Assembly: GCA_000091165.1 (NCBI GenBank)
Contig: FP565575.1
Coordinates: 2,580,001-2,612,000 of the forward strand
Direction: 5' to 3'
Source: Candidatus Methylomirabilis oxygeniifera
GTDB lineage: Bacteria; Methylomirabilota; Methylomirabilia; Methylomirabilales; Methylomirabilaceae
Length of the DNA stretch: 32,000 nt
A program made the translations under genes and the position numbers. The notes under the pieces are model-generated. The model did no database searches. It had not been told where the DNA came from and saw only the letters and a program-made list of their open reading frames with translations. Positions 16,216 to 24,734 of the stretch are shown here, piece by piece (the stretch's first letter is position 1; the number at the start of each line of letters is the position of its first letter).

Positions 16216-17481
16216 CTATAGTCCCCACGACAGGATTTGGAGTGGGCCTTGAAGGGGCGGATTGGAACCGCAATTGTACGTGAGCGTAATATTGCCGTTC
16301 ACGGTGTTGGCGCTCACAAGGCTGCCGGGCGTGTCGAGGGCGTTTTCACCAATGATGAGCCCGACAATGGTCCCAGTGCCGCTGAGATCGAACTGTTCAT
16401 GAGCTGCTATCAGCCCGTTGTAGCCATTGTCTGGGGTGCCTTGGATTTTGACATCACGGCCTGCAATAAACAAGGAATCGTGAACGGTATAGGCGGCGTC
16501 GGCGCCTATCGTCGGATTACCTGTAATCTTAACATCGCCGGTTGCAATCAGGGTAGTTTTCCATGGGTTGGAATCATCGCCTAGAGTGCTTGCCACTTCT
16601 GCGGTTCCTTGGAAGTAGTATGTGCCGTTGCAGGGTGTACCGCTGTTTAATTTCCATGTAGCAAGGGGGGTGTCGGCGGTGTACTTCCATCCGCAAGTGG
16701 AAGTATCTCCGGAATTCAGGGTCTGAAGCAGGGAGCCGCTGCCGTCGCGTACCTCACCCTGACCGTTCGCGTTCACTGTCATCTGATATAGGTGATCCAG
16801 GTGGCCTGCAAGCAGGTTCGTCGCGGCGGCTAGGAAATCGGCCGGATCGATGTGCGGAACTGTTTCTGTCGGTGTGCCGCCCCCGCTGCCGGCACCGACA
16901 GTTGCGCCGCCGGGATTCGAATAAGTGCCGCTGGCGGTGGCGTTGCCGTTAATTGTGACACTGCTGCCATTCAGGGTAAGATTACCGTTGGCATGAACGT
17001 TCCCGCATATCCCACCAGTTGCTAACACGCCTGTGCTGCCCCCAATTGTCATACTCCCGTCGGTCAGGATGGCGTCATTGGAGCGAAAAAAGGTGCTCAT
17101 GACGGCTCTTCGAATCGCTTGAGCCCCTCCAATAGCACTGGCGCCGGTTGACACCACCCTCACCGTGTAATCTCCTGCCTTCTGGTGCTGAACAGTATAG
17201 CTTCCTGCCCCGCCCAACGACGGATTGGATAGGAGAGTCTGAAGGTTGACATTGGCGTTTGTCACGAGGCTCGACGTCGTCCGCAGTGTGTTGAAGGCAT
17301 GCTCCAGACCGGCCTCGGCCAGGAACTGGGCCTGGATGGTGCGCAGATGGTTGGATGCGATCTGCGCCTCAGAGCCGCCGATCGACAGAATGGCAGCCGC
17401 GAGCGCCCCCAGGACGACGAAGGCCATGAGCGCGAGCGGAAGGATCAGCCCCTGATCATTTCCAAACCGCTGATACTTCAT
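16216..17481 (-). CDS. PilX-like minor pilin with repetitive C-terminal region
   Basis: N-terminal DQGLILPLALMAFVVLGALAAAILSIGGSEAQIASNHLRTIQAQFLAEAGLEHAFN typical of PilX N-terminus; C-terminal GDVKITGNPTIGADAAYTVHDSLFIAGRDVKIQGTP. Confidence 0.82.
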   Translation of the reverse strand: MKYQRFGNDQGLILPLALMAFVVLGALAAAILSIGGSEAQIASNHLRTIQAQFLAEAGLEHAFNTLRTTSSLVTNANVNLQTLLSNPSLGGAGSYTVQHQKAGDYTVRVVSTGASAIGGAQAIRRAVMSTFFRSNDAILTDGSMTIGGSTGVLATGGICGNVHANGNLTLNGSSVTINGNATASGTYSNPGGATVGAGSGGGTPTETVPHIDPADFLAAATNLLAGHLDHLYQMTVNANGQGEVRDGSGSLLQTLNSGDTSTCGWKYTADTPLATWKLNSGTPCNGTYYFQGTAEVASTLGDDSNPWKTTLIATGDVKITGNPTIGADAAYTVHDSLFIAGRDVKIQGTPDNGYNGLIAAHEQFDLSGTGTIVGLIIGENALDTPGSLVSANTVNGNITLTYNCGSNPPLQGPLQILSWGL

Positions 17482-18299
17482 GGCAGGCTCCTTGGCTTGA
17501 CCCTGGTGGTCATGCGGCGCGCGCTGCCATCCGGGCTCTGAACGGTGAGGACGATCTGAATCTCCCTGATAAGGGCTGCATTCGTAGTCTGCGTCACCCC
17601 ATCGCCGCCGAAATAGGTGAAGGTCAGGCCTGTCACATTATCGACAATGGCTTCGGCGTTGGCTCCGCCCTGCCTCCTAGTGAGACAAGTCAAAGGTTGG
17701 CACGTAGAGGTGGCAACCGCATTTCTGGCATAGGTAATAGTCTTAACATCCCGGACAATACTGCCTACAGGATAGGCAGAACTGAGGGGTGATGCAATTG
17801 GAAGGTTAATGGTGCTGCCGCCTATGCCCGTTATCTGCCTGACATCCCGCGTACCCCCGTCGGCGATATAGATATAATCGTTCAGACCCGAATTCGGATC
17901 CGCATACACCCTGAAGGCATTGGTGGTCGCTGTTGCGTCTAGGCTTAAAGTAACAGTGTTCGCGGTAAATGCGGTGGCTGTCGCCTCAACGCCATTGATC
18001 ACCGAAGAGTCGTCGACGTTCGCCATAAAGGTGATGCTGATCGGGGAGGCAGCCGTGATCGCGTTGCCTGCGCCGTTCGCGCCGACCCAGTAAGAGCCGA
18101 TCAGTCTCAGCTCGTTCGCCATACGATCCAGGCCTGCCCTCGCCCCTGCCTGAGCAGCCTCCAGGGAACTGGCCCGGATATAGGTGTCCTGCGAGACCCG
18201 GTAGACTCCCAAGATGGCCCCGCCAATTAAGCCCGCAATCGCCAGGACGATCAACAGCTCAATGAGGCTATACCCCTCAGTTTCAGCAACACGCCTCAT
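17478..18299 (-). CDS. PilW-like minor pilin
   Basis: Prepilin N-terminus EGYSLIELLIVLAIAGLIGGAILGVYR; C-terminal IQIVLTVQSPDGSARRMTTRVKPRSL. Confidence 0.82.
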   Translation of the reverse strand: MRRVAETEGYSLIELLIVLAIAGLIGGAILGVYRVSQDTYIRASSLEAAQAGARAGLDRMANELRLIGSYWVGANGAGNAITAASPISITFMANVDDSSVINGVEATATAFTANTVTLSLDATATTNAFRVYADPNSGLNDYIYIADGGTRDVRQITGIGGSTINLPIASPLSSAYPVGSIVRDVKTITYARNAVATSTCQPLTCLTRRQGGANAEAIVDNVTGLTFTYFGGDGVTQTTNAALIREIQIVLTVQSPDGSARRMTTRVKPRSLP

Positions 18300-18311
18300 G
18301 ATCGTTCCCCC

Positions 18312-18764
18312 TTACGGTCTGGCGGCGACGAGCGTACTGATATTAATGCTTTCCTGGTTCGCCCCCTGAGCCGTCGGAAGGGTGAAGGCCACGGTGACGG
18401 TCACCTGCCTGGTATCCGCGGCCGGACCGGCCACGATGCTCACCTGTCGGCCAAAGTTCGGATAGCATGGACAACCGGGTCCAGGGCCTACTGGTATCGT
18501 CTCAAATCCTTCATTCGGGAAGCCGGCCGGAGGGAAACTGGATAGTGCTTGTCGCTTCACCTGTTCCAGCCGGTCCTGGGCGAGCATGGTCGCCGTCGAT
18601 AGATAATAGCCTCGCGTGACGGCAGCCTGGCCGAAGGAGACGGCGCCCGCGCTCCCGCCGCCGCCTTGAAGCGCGGTCGTTGCTGCCACCCCTAAAACGG
18701 CTACTGTAAGAATCGCGAGGGCAATCAGGACCTCGACGAGGGTAAATCCGCGCGCTTCTCGCAT
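18312..18764 (-). CDS. PilV-like minor pilin
   Basis: ARGFTLVEVLIALAILTVAVLGVAATTALQ. Confidence 0.82.
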   Translation of the reverse strand: MREARGFTLVEVLIALAILTVAVLGVAATTALQGGGGSAGAVSFGQAAVTRGYYLSTATMLAQDRLEQVKRQALSSFPPAGFPNEGFETIPVGPGPGCPCYPNFGRQVSIVAGPAADTRQVTVTVAFTLPTAQGANQESINISTLVAARP

Positions 18765-18784
18765 CTCGCCCCTCCTCAGTCGGT

Positions 18785-19270
18785 TTAATTGATTCGGACA
18801 CGGCCCGACGTAGCGACGATAACATCCAGAGATGACGTATTATCCTGAGCGTTCTGTACGGTGATGGTCCCGCCTCTGGCAGTCCCAAGCGGGTTAAAGA
18901 TGATTGGGTTGGCAGGCGGGTCGACAAGCTGAGCTTGATTGACCAGTCGTCTGAAGCCCTGATTATCGGTCCCAGGACCGACCCATGCCTGGTTGGTTGA
19001 GGTATCCCAAAACTGCAACTGGTTCCCGTTGACGTTAATCTGATAATTCGTGTTACGGGCGATGGCCAGCTCACGGGCCTGCTGCAGGACTGTCGCGAGC
19101 TCTTGGGAGGCGCCCCGCGTCTCCATCGCCCTGAGAAAGGTCATAAACAAAGGAGTGGCCACCATGCTGACAATCCCGATGACCGCAAGAGCGGTCATCA
19201 GTTCCACGAGGGTATAACCACATTCGCCGCCCACTCGACTCTGTCGAAAGACCATCTGATCACCCTTCAC
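18785..19270 (-). CDS. FimT/GspH-like pseudopilin
   Basis: GYTLVELMTALAVIGIVSMVATP...SQELATVLQQARELAIARNTNYQINV. Confidence 0.85.
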   Translation of the reverse strand: MKGDQMVFRQSRVGGECGYTLVELMTALAVIGIVSMVATPLFMTFLRAMETRGASQELATVLQQARELAIARNTNYQINVNGNQLQFWDTSTNQAWVGPGTDNQGFRRLVNQAQLVDPPANPIIFNPLGTARGGTITVQNAQDNTSSLDVIVATSGRVRIN

Positions 19271-19391
19271 CTTAGAGATGGCTCACCACCGTGAGACCGC
19301 CCCCGCGCCGTCCACACAAGTGGCACGTGCGGAGCCAAGGGAAACGGGGAGAGGCTGCTCGCCTCTCCCCAGTGGCGCCTCTTGCGACTGC

Positions 19392-19874
19392 TTACGGCAT
19401 CGTGATGGGATTCCCTTCACCCGCAGGAGGCGTAGCGGTGAGGGTGTAGTTAGCCACCCCAGCATTCTTCGTCATCGCGTACTGCCAGCCCGCCGGCGGT
19501 GTCGGCTCATTCCCGGCTGTGAAGAACGGCCCCGCTGAGATCAGGGCAGCATCGGTGACCGCCACGGTCAGGGGCGTGATCCCGGTGGCAGCAAGTGCCC
19601 CGGCGCAGGTGTTGGCTGTTGGTGCCGTTCCTGGCCAGTTTTGCGCAAGCACACTCCCAGGCACATCACCACAGTGGGCCGCGAAGGCGCTGAGCGTGCC
19701 CATCATCACCCGCAGATCGCTTTGGGCTCTGCCGATCCGCGACCGCGCCTGCATGTTGGCATACAGTGGGACGGCCATCGCCGCAAGGATACCGATGATC
19801 GCCACAACAACCATCAGCTCAATCAATGTAAATCCACCCTTCCGTCCAATCAGTTTCTTCCTCAGCCGTTCCAT
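19392..19874 (-). CDS. pilA: Type IV major-type pilin
   Basis: GFTLIELMVVVAIIGILAAMAVPLYANMQARSRIGRAQSDL; SD AAAGGAGA before ATG 19874. Confidence 0.9.
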   Translation of the reverse strand: MERLRKKLIGRKGGFTLIELMVVVAIIGILAAMAVPLYANMQARSRIGRAQSDLRVMMGTLSAFAAHCGDVPGSVLAQNWPGTAPTANTCAGALAATGITPLTVAVTDAALISAGPFFTAGNEPTPPAGWQYAMTKNAGVANYTLTATPPAGEGNPITMP

Positions 19875-19936
19875 CTCTCTTCTCCTTTACCGTTAAGGTT
19901 AACCGACCCAACAGTAATCATCTGGTATTTTTGTTG

Positions 19937-19952
19937 TGCAGGCGACGTGCCA
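19937..19952 (-). promoter_or_regulatory. Sigma-54-type promoter for pilA
   Basis: On the minus strand TGGCACG-TCGC-CTGCA; GG and GC dinucleotides at the canonical spacing; predicted TSS about 50 nt upstream of pilA ATG. Confidence 0.75.
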
Positions 19953-20027
19953 TCTCGACTTCGACACCCTGACTGATCAGAAGGCTAATAGCATTGTCAT
20001 GGTACCAGGGCTACCCGTGCATCATGA

Positions 20028-20077
20028 AAATCCCCCAAACTCCCCTCTATCAAAGGGGAGAATCCGAGGGGGGATTT
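20028..20077. repeat. Nested palindromic element between pilR and pilA
   Basis: Outer arms AAATCCCCC (20028-20036) / GGGGGATTT (20069-20077); inner arms CTCCCCT (20040-20046) / AGGGGAG (20054-20060). Confidence 0.8.
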
Positions 20078-20214
20078 CAGTCGTGGGCGATTTTCTAAGT
20101 AAAGAGATGGGATCAAGCCTTGCCGACAGTATCAGGGTAGAAGGGAGCAGCGGATGATATATAACCCAATGGGAGGTGACAAAAAGAGTCGGTTGACTGA
20201 CGATTTTGGAGGGA

Positions 20215-21597
20215 TCAGTGGGCTTTGGATATGCCGTACTTCTTGACCTTGTACCGAAAGGCGCGAAAGGTGAGATTGAGGAGTTCTGCGGCCCTGCTCT
20301 GGACCCATCCTGAGCGCTCGAGGGCTTGAAGCATCAGATCTTTCTCAAGCTGCGAGACGGTATTTTCCAAGTCGATCCCCTCCGACGGAAGAGTGAAGGA
20401 CCAAGGCGGCTGCTTCTCCCCGTCTTCATTGTCTGCTCTCACCTGTACGGAGATACTGGCCGGCGACAACTGGTCGGTCGTCTCGAGGGCGACAGCCCGT
20501 TCGACGACGTTCTCAAGTTCCCGTACATTGCCAGGCCAGTGATACCGCATCAGAATCTCCATGGCCTCCGAGGAGATTGAGGTCGGCCCCCTCCGCTGTC
20601 GAAGCACGCACTGGGCCAACAGTCTGTTAGCCAGTAACGGGATATCCTCCGTTCGTTCGCGAAGCGGCGGCAGATGGATCGGGATCACATTCAGCCGATA
20701 GAACAGATCCTCGCGAAACGTGCCGTCGGCCATCGCCTTCACCAGATCCTTATTCGTGGCAGCGATGAGGCGCACATCCACCTCCAGGTCCTCTGTCCCG
20801 CCTACCCTCCGGAAGGTCTGCCCCTGCAGGAACCGAAGGAGCTTGACCTGAAGGACCGCGCTCATCTCGCCGATCTCATCCAGGAGTATGCTGCCGCGAT
20901 TCGCGACTTCGAAGAGCCCGGCCTTGTGGGAGATCGCCCCCGTAAATGAGCCTTTGACGTGGCCAAACAGCTCGCTCTCCAACAGTTGCTCAGGTATGGC
21001 GCCGCAGTTGATGGCGAGAAACGGGCGTTCAGCTCGAGAGCTTGCGCAGTGGATGGTTCTGGCGACCAGCTCCTTGCCTGTTCCGCTCTCCCCGGTAATG
21101 AGGACCGTACTATCCAGTTCGGCAATCCGGGTGATCAGTTTATACAGCTCAACCATCTTCGGACTGTGGCCAATGAGCCCGGCGGGCTGCGCCTCCTCTA
21201 TCGCGGCCGGCTGGGAGGTTCCATCATCCGGTCGCCTGACCTTAGCCAGCGCCTTTTCTACGACCAATCGGATTTCGTCGATCCGGAAAGGCTTGGTGAT
21301 ATAGTCATGCGCCCCTAATCGCATGGCCTGAATCGTTGAATCCATGGAGGCGTACGCCGTGACCATGATGACCGGTAGATGCGGATCCGTTTTCCGTATG
21401 CCGGTCAGAAGGCCGATCCCATCCATCTTCGGCATTCGAACATCAGAGATCACCAGATCCGGCGACTGATGCGCAATGAGTTCAAGTGCCCGCTCGCCGT
21501 CAGAGGCTGTGATGACGCGATACCCTTGTTTTTCCAGGAGCACTGTAAGAAACTCGCGTATTCCCTGCTCGTCATCGACGACTAATATCGTTTCCAA
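20215..21597 (-). CDS. pilR: Sigma-54-dependent response regulator, PilR type
   Basis: Receiver domain (VVDDEQGIREFL), GESGTGKELVARTIH, GAFTGA loop, Fis-type HTH C-terminus. Confidence 0.92.
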   Translation of the reverse strand: METILVVDDEQGIREFLTVLLEKQGYRVITASDGERALELIAHQSPDLVISDVRMPKMDGIGLLTGIRKTDPHLPVIMVTAYASMDSTIQAMRLGAHDYITKPFRIDEIRLVVEKALAKVRRPDDGTSQPAAIEEAQPAGLIGHSPKMVELYKLITRIAELDSTVLITGESGTGKELVARTIHCASSRAERPFLAINCGAIPEQLLESELFGHVKGSFTGAISHKAGLFEVANRGSILLDEIGEMSAVLQVKLLRFLQGQTFRRVGGTEDLEVDVRLIAATNKDLVKAMADGTFREDLFYRLNVIPIHLPPLRERTEDIPLLANRLLAQCVLRQRRGPTSISSEAMEILMRYHWPGNVRELENVVERAVALETTDQLSPASISVQVRADNEDGEKQPPWSFTLPSEGIDLENTVSQLEKDLMLQALERSGWVQSRAAELLNLTFRAFRYKVKKYGISKAH

Positions 21598-21620
21598 AAC
21601 GTAACTCCTTATTAAGTAGA

Positions 21621-21684
21621 TAGACTGTAGGCTATAGGCTGTAGGAGCGCGCTAACAGCCTAATCCCCTACAGCCTATAGCCTA
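21621..21684. repeat. 7-nt tandem repeat forming an 18-bp palindrome, TAGGCTG/CAGCCTA class
   Basis: TAGGCTATAGGCTGTAGG (21628-21645) / CCTACAGCCTATAGCCTA (21667-21684), perfect inverted repeat. Confidence 0.93.
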
Positions 21685-23355
21685 TTCATCCGGAGCCTGT
21701 TTGAGCAAGACGCGAAAGGTTGACCCGCCACCTTCCCGACTGATCACCTCGATCCGGCCGCCGAGATTATCGATGATCTTCTGTGTGATGGTCAGCCCCA
21801 GGCCTGTACCGCCAGGCTTCGTCGTATAGAATGGATCAAAAATTCGTTCGACCTCCTCCGGCGGGATTCCTTGTCCGGTGTCGGTCAGCTCTATCCCCAC
21901 CCAGTTATCGCCGTTTTCAGATCCGTGACGTCGGATAACAAAGCTGAGCCGACCGCCCATCTGCATAGCCTGGATCGCGTTGAGCCCAAGATTCCACAGC
22001 GCCTGTTTTAGCTGATCGGGGTCGCCTGCAGCCATGACCTCCTCGGCCTCACGCTGAATGGAAAAGGTCACCGGGTGAGCGCTGTCGCAGCTCTTTTCCA
22101 AGAGCGAGACCGCCTCTGCAACCAGCGCGACGAGGTTGCACTGCTTCTGTGAGGCCAGGGTCGGCTTCGCGAAATCCAAGAACTGTCCGGTTACCAGCTT
22201 GAGTCGCTCGGCCTCGCGAAGAACGATATCGAGCAGTTGAGGTCTGGCTGTTCCCGCTTCCTTTATCAGTTCGATGCAACCGCTTATCGCGGCCAGAGGA
22301 TTCCTCACTTCATGCGCCAGTCCGGCTGCCAGTTGGCCCGCCGTCGCTAACCGGTCGGCTTGACGGAGCCTGGCCTCTGTCTTTCTCCGCTCCGTCAGAT
22401 CCTGAAAGATGCCCACAAGGCCTATAAGTCTGCCTTCTGATGACTTCAGGGGTGTCAGGTTGATCCCAACCGGGATCGGATGGCCGTCTAGGCCTCGGAT
22501 CGGAAGCTCTTGGGAGCATCCGGCAAAGGCAGACGTGGGGGTGGAGAAGAATACCTCAAGCTCCTTAATCGCTCCAAAAGGGGTCTCTCGCCAGTTCTTG
22601 TCTCGTATCTGCTCTACCGCAATGCCGATGATCTTCTGCGCCCCCCGGTTGAACGATACGATCTTTCCAGTGAGGTCCAGCGTTATGACCCCGCTTGGGA
22701 TATTTTCAACAATGTCCTCGTGAAGGGTCCGGAGATTGCGGAGGTCGATCCGTTGCGCTTCCAGTTCGCGGCCCGTTTCTTTGAGCCGCTCGGCAAGTTG
22801 ACTGCCTAGGAGCGCCACAAGAAAAAAGGTCGCACTATTGACGGAGAACTGGAGGAGCGCGTATGCGGGGTCATGCGTGGTGCTTCCCGTAAAGAGGAAC
22901 GGCGTCTCCTCCGTGAGCCCATAGATCTGAATATTGATCAGCGCTCCGTACAGTATGGTGCCGGCGCTTGCGAGTAACAGGCTCGATCGCCTGGATAGGA
23001 GCACGGATGCGGCCAGGACGGGAAAGATGTAGACAAACGCAAAGACACTCTTGATCCCACCGGTATAGTGTACCAGGGCGGTAGCCAGGACCGCGTCGAT
23101 CCAGAGCTGCAGGCTGCAGAGCTGCCTCAGTCGCATAGTACGGTTCAGTAAGATCGAATAGAGGACGGTGAGAAGGCAGGCGCAGGCGATTAAGACAAAG
23201 AGGGGGGTCAGCGTAAAGGGCGGGTGCTCCCGGATAGCAAGAATACCGGCTGAGCCCAAAAACAGGAACGCCACGAGGAGCCGGAGACCGATCAGCCATT
23301 TGATCTGTCGGCCCAGCGCAACGTCTTCAGACGCAGGCTCGTTTGTGTCCGTCAT
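21682..23355 (-). CDS. pilS: Membrane sensor histidine kinase with PAS domain, PilS type
   Basis: N-terminal TM segments, PAS-like region, GLAHEVRNPLAAISGCIEL H-box, GTGLGLTITQKIIDNLGG ATPase motif; adjacent to pilR. Confidence 0.88.
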   Translation of the reverse strand: MTDTNEPASEDVALGRQIKWLIGLRLLVAFLFLGSAGILAIREHPPFTLTPLFVLIACACLLTVLYSILLNRTMRLRQLCSLQLWIDAVLATALVHYTGGIKSVFAFVYIFPVLAASVLLSRRSSLLLASAGTILYGALINIQIYGLTEETPFLFTGSTTHDPAYALLQFSVNSATFFLVALLGSQLAERLKETGRELEAQRIDLRNLRTLHEDIVENIPSGVITLDLTGKIVSFNRGAQKIIGIAVEQIRDKNWRETPFGAIKELEVFFSTPTSAFAGCSQELPIRGLDGHPIPVGINLTPLKSSEGRLIGLVGIFQDLTERRKTEARLRQADRLATAGQLAAGLAHEVRNPLAAISGCIELIKEAGTARPQLLDIVLREAERLKLVTGQFLDFAKPTLASQKQCNLVALVAEAVSLLEKSCDSAHPVTFSIQREAEEVMAAGDPDQLKQALWNLGLNAIQAMQMGGRLSFVIRRHGSENGDNWVGIELTDTGQGIPPEEVERIFDPFYTTKPGGTGLGLTITQKIIDNLGGRIEVISREGGGSTFRVLLKQAPDE

Positions 23356-23373
23356 AGATTAAAAAGTTCCCTC

Positions 23374-23465
23374 TGTCGTTGCGAGGCAAAGCCGAAGCAA
23401 TCTCACAGTCTTTCAGAATAACGACGCCGAGATTGCCGCGCTCCCTTCGGTCGCTCACAATGACA
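23374..23465. repeat. Imperfect palindromic interspersed element, about 92 bp
   Basis: TGTCGTTGCGAGGCAAAGCCGAAGCAATCTC ... GAGATTGCCGCGCTCCCTTCGGTCGCTCACAATGACA. Confidence 0.7.
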
Positions 23466-23493
23466 CATCCCAATGTCTATTGTTAGCCGTCCT

Positions 23494-24708
23494 TCATTTC
23501 CCTATCACCGTCACTAACTTGAAGATGGGCAGATACATTGCCACGATCATACCGCCCACGACGACTCCAAGGAACACCATCAGTATCGGCTCAATCAGGG
23601 CAGTCAGATTTGCGACCGCTTGATCGACCTCGGCATCGTAGAAATCGGCAATCTTCTCCAACATCGAGTCAAGCGACCCGGATTGCTCCCCAACGCTAAT
23701 CATCTGTACGACCATAGGGGGGAAGACCCCGGATATCTTCAATGGGTCGGCAATGGTCTTGCCTTCAGCGATGCTCCCACGGGTCTTCATGATCGCCTCT
23801 TCTGCCACCTTGTTGCCGGTAGTTTTCGCTGTGATATCCAGTCCGTCAAGGATGGGAACCCCGCTGGCGATCAGTGTCCCAAGGGTCCGCGTAAACCGTG
23901 CAACGGCCACCTTTCGAAACAGCGCTCCGAATACCGGAATCCGCAGAAACAATGCATCAATGGCCCTTCTGCCCTTCTCCGTCTTGTACGTGAACCGAAT
24001 ACCGACGACCCCTGCGATAAGGAAGCCGAGGCAGGCCAGGATATACGTTCGCACAAGACGACTTAGCGTCATGACGATCTGAGTCGGCAGGGGAAGCTCG
24101 ACCCCCGACCCCTCGAAAAATCCAGCAAAGACGGGAATCACGAAGATCAGCAAAAAGACGACCACGGCGATAGCAACCACGACGATGGTGCTGGGATAAA
24201 TCAGGGCGCCCTTGACCTTCCGCCGAAGGGTCGTCGCTTTCTCGATGTACACCGCCAGTCGATTCAGGATAGTGTCGAGCATCCCTCCGGCCTCGCCGGC
24301 TTCGACCATATTGGCGTATAGCGGAGTAAATACTGTCGGATGGCGTTTGAGCGCCGTTGTAAAGGTCGACCCCCCCTCCACATCCTCTCTGATCTCAGCG
24401 AGGATGTTCTTGAACCCTTTATTCGGTTGTTGGGATGCTAAGGTGTCGAGACACTGTACTAGGGGGAGTCCGGCATCAATCATGGTGGCAAGCTGACGGG
24501 TGAACACGGCCAGATCCTTATCCTTCACCTTCTTTCCGCCGAATCCGGGAATCTTCAGCTCGATCGCTTTGGGCTGCGGTTTGACGGAAATCGGGAATAT
24601 CCGCTGTTGACGAAGCTGAGCGACTACAGCCTCTGCGGTGGTGGCCTCCATCCGCCCGGCAATCACCCGGCCCGCCTGACTTCGTCCGCGATAAGCAAAC
24701 GTCGGCAT
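23494..24708 (-). CDS. pilC: Type IV pilus inner-membrane platform protein PilC
   Basis: MPTFAYRGRSQAGRVIAGRMEA; two GspF-like domains (FTRQLATMIDAGLPLVQCLDTL; FTRTLGTLIASGVPILDGL). Confidence 0.95.
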   Translation of the reverse strand: MPTFAYRGRSQAGRVIAGRMEATTAEAVVAQLRQQRIFPISVKPQPKAIELKIPGFGGKKVKDKDLAVFTRQLATMIDAGLPLVQCLDTLASQQPNKGFKNILAEIREDVEGGSTFTTALKRHPTVFTPLYANMVEAGEAGGMLDTILNRLAVYIEKATTLRRKVKGALIYPSTIVVVAIAVVVFLLIFVIPVFAGFFEGSGVELPLPTQIVMTLSRLVRTYILACLGFLIAGVVGIRFTYKTEKGRRAIDALFLRIPVFGALFRKVAVARFTRTLGTLIASGVPILDGLDITAKTTGNKVAEEAIMKTRGSIAEGKTIADPLKISGVFPPMVVQMISVGEQSGSLDSMLEKIADFYDAEVDQAVANLTALIEPILMVFLGVVVGGMIVAMYLPIFKLVTVIGK

Positions 24709-24717
24709 GCTTTTCCT

Positions 24718-24734
24718 CTACCCTATACCCTAGC
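24718..24734. repeat. Short heptad repeat, TAGGGTG class, supplying the pilT stop codon
   Basis: CTACCCTATACCCTAGC; minus-strand TAG stop at 24723-24725. Confidence 0.5.

Noticed and set aside
16237-16584. Plus-strand 115-aa ORF opposite the PilX-like gene
   Set aside because: Antisense shadow of a better-supported gene, no domain.
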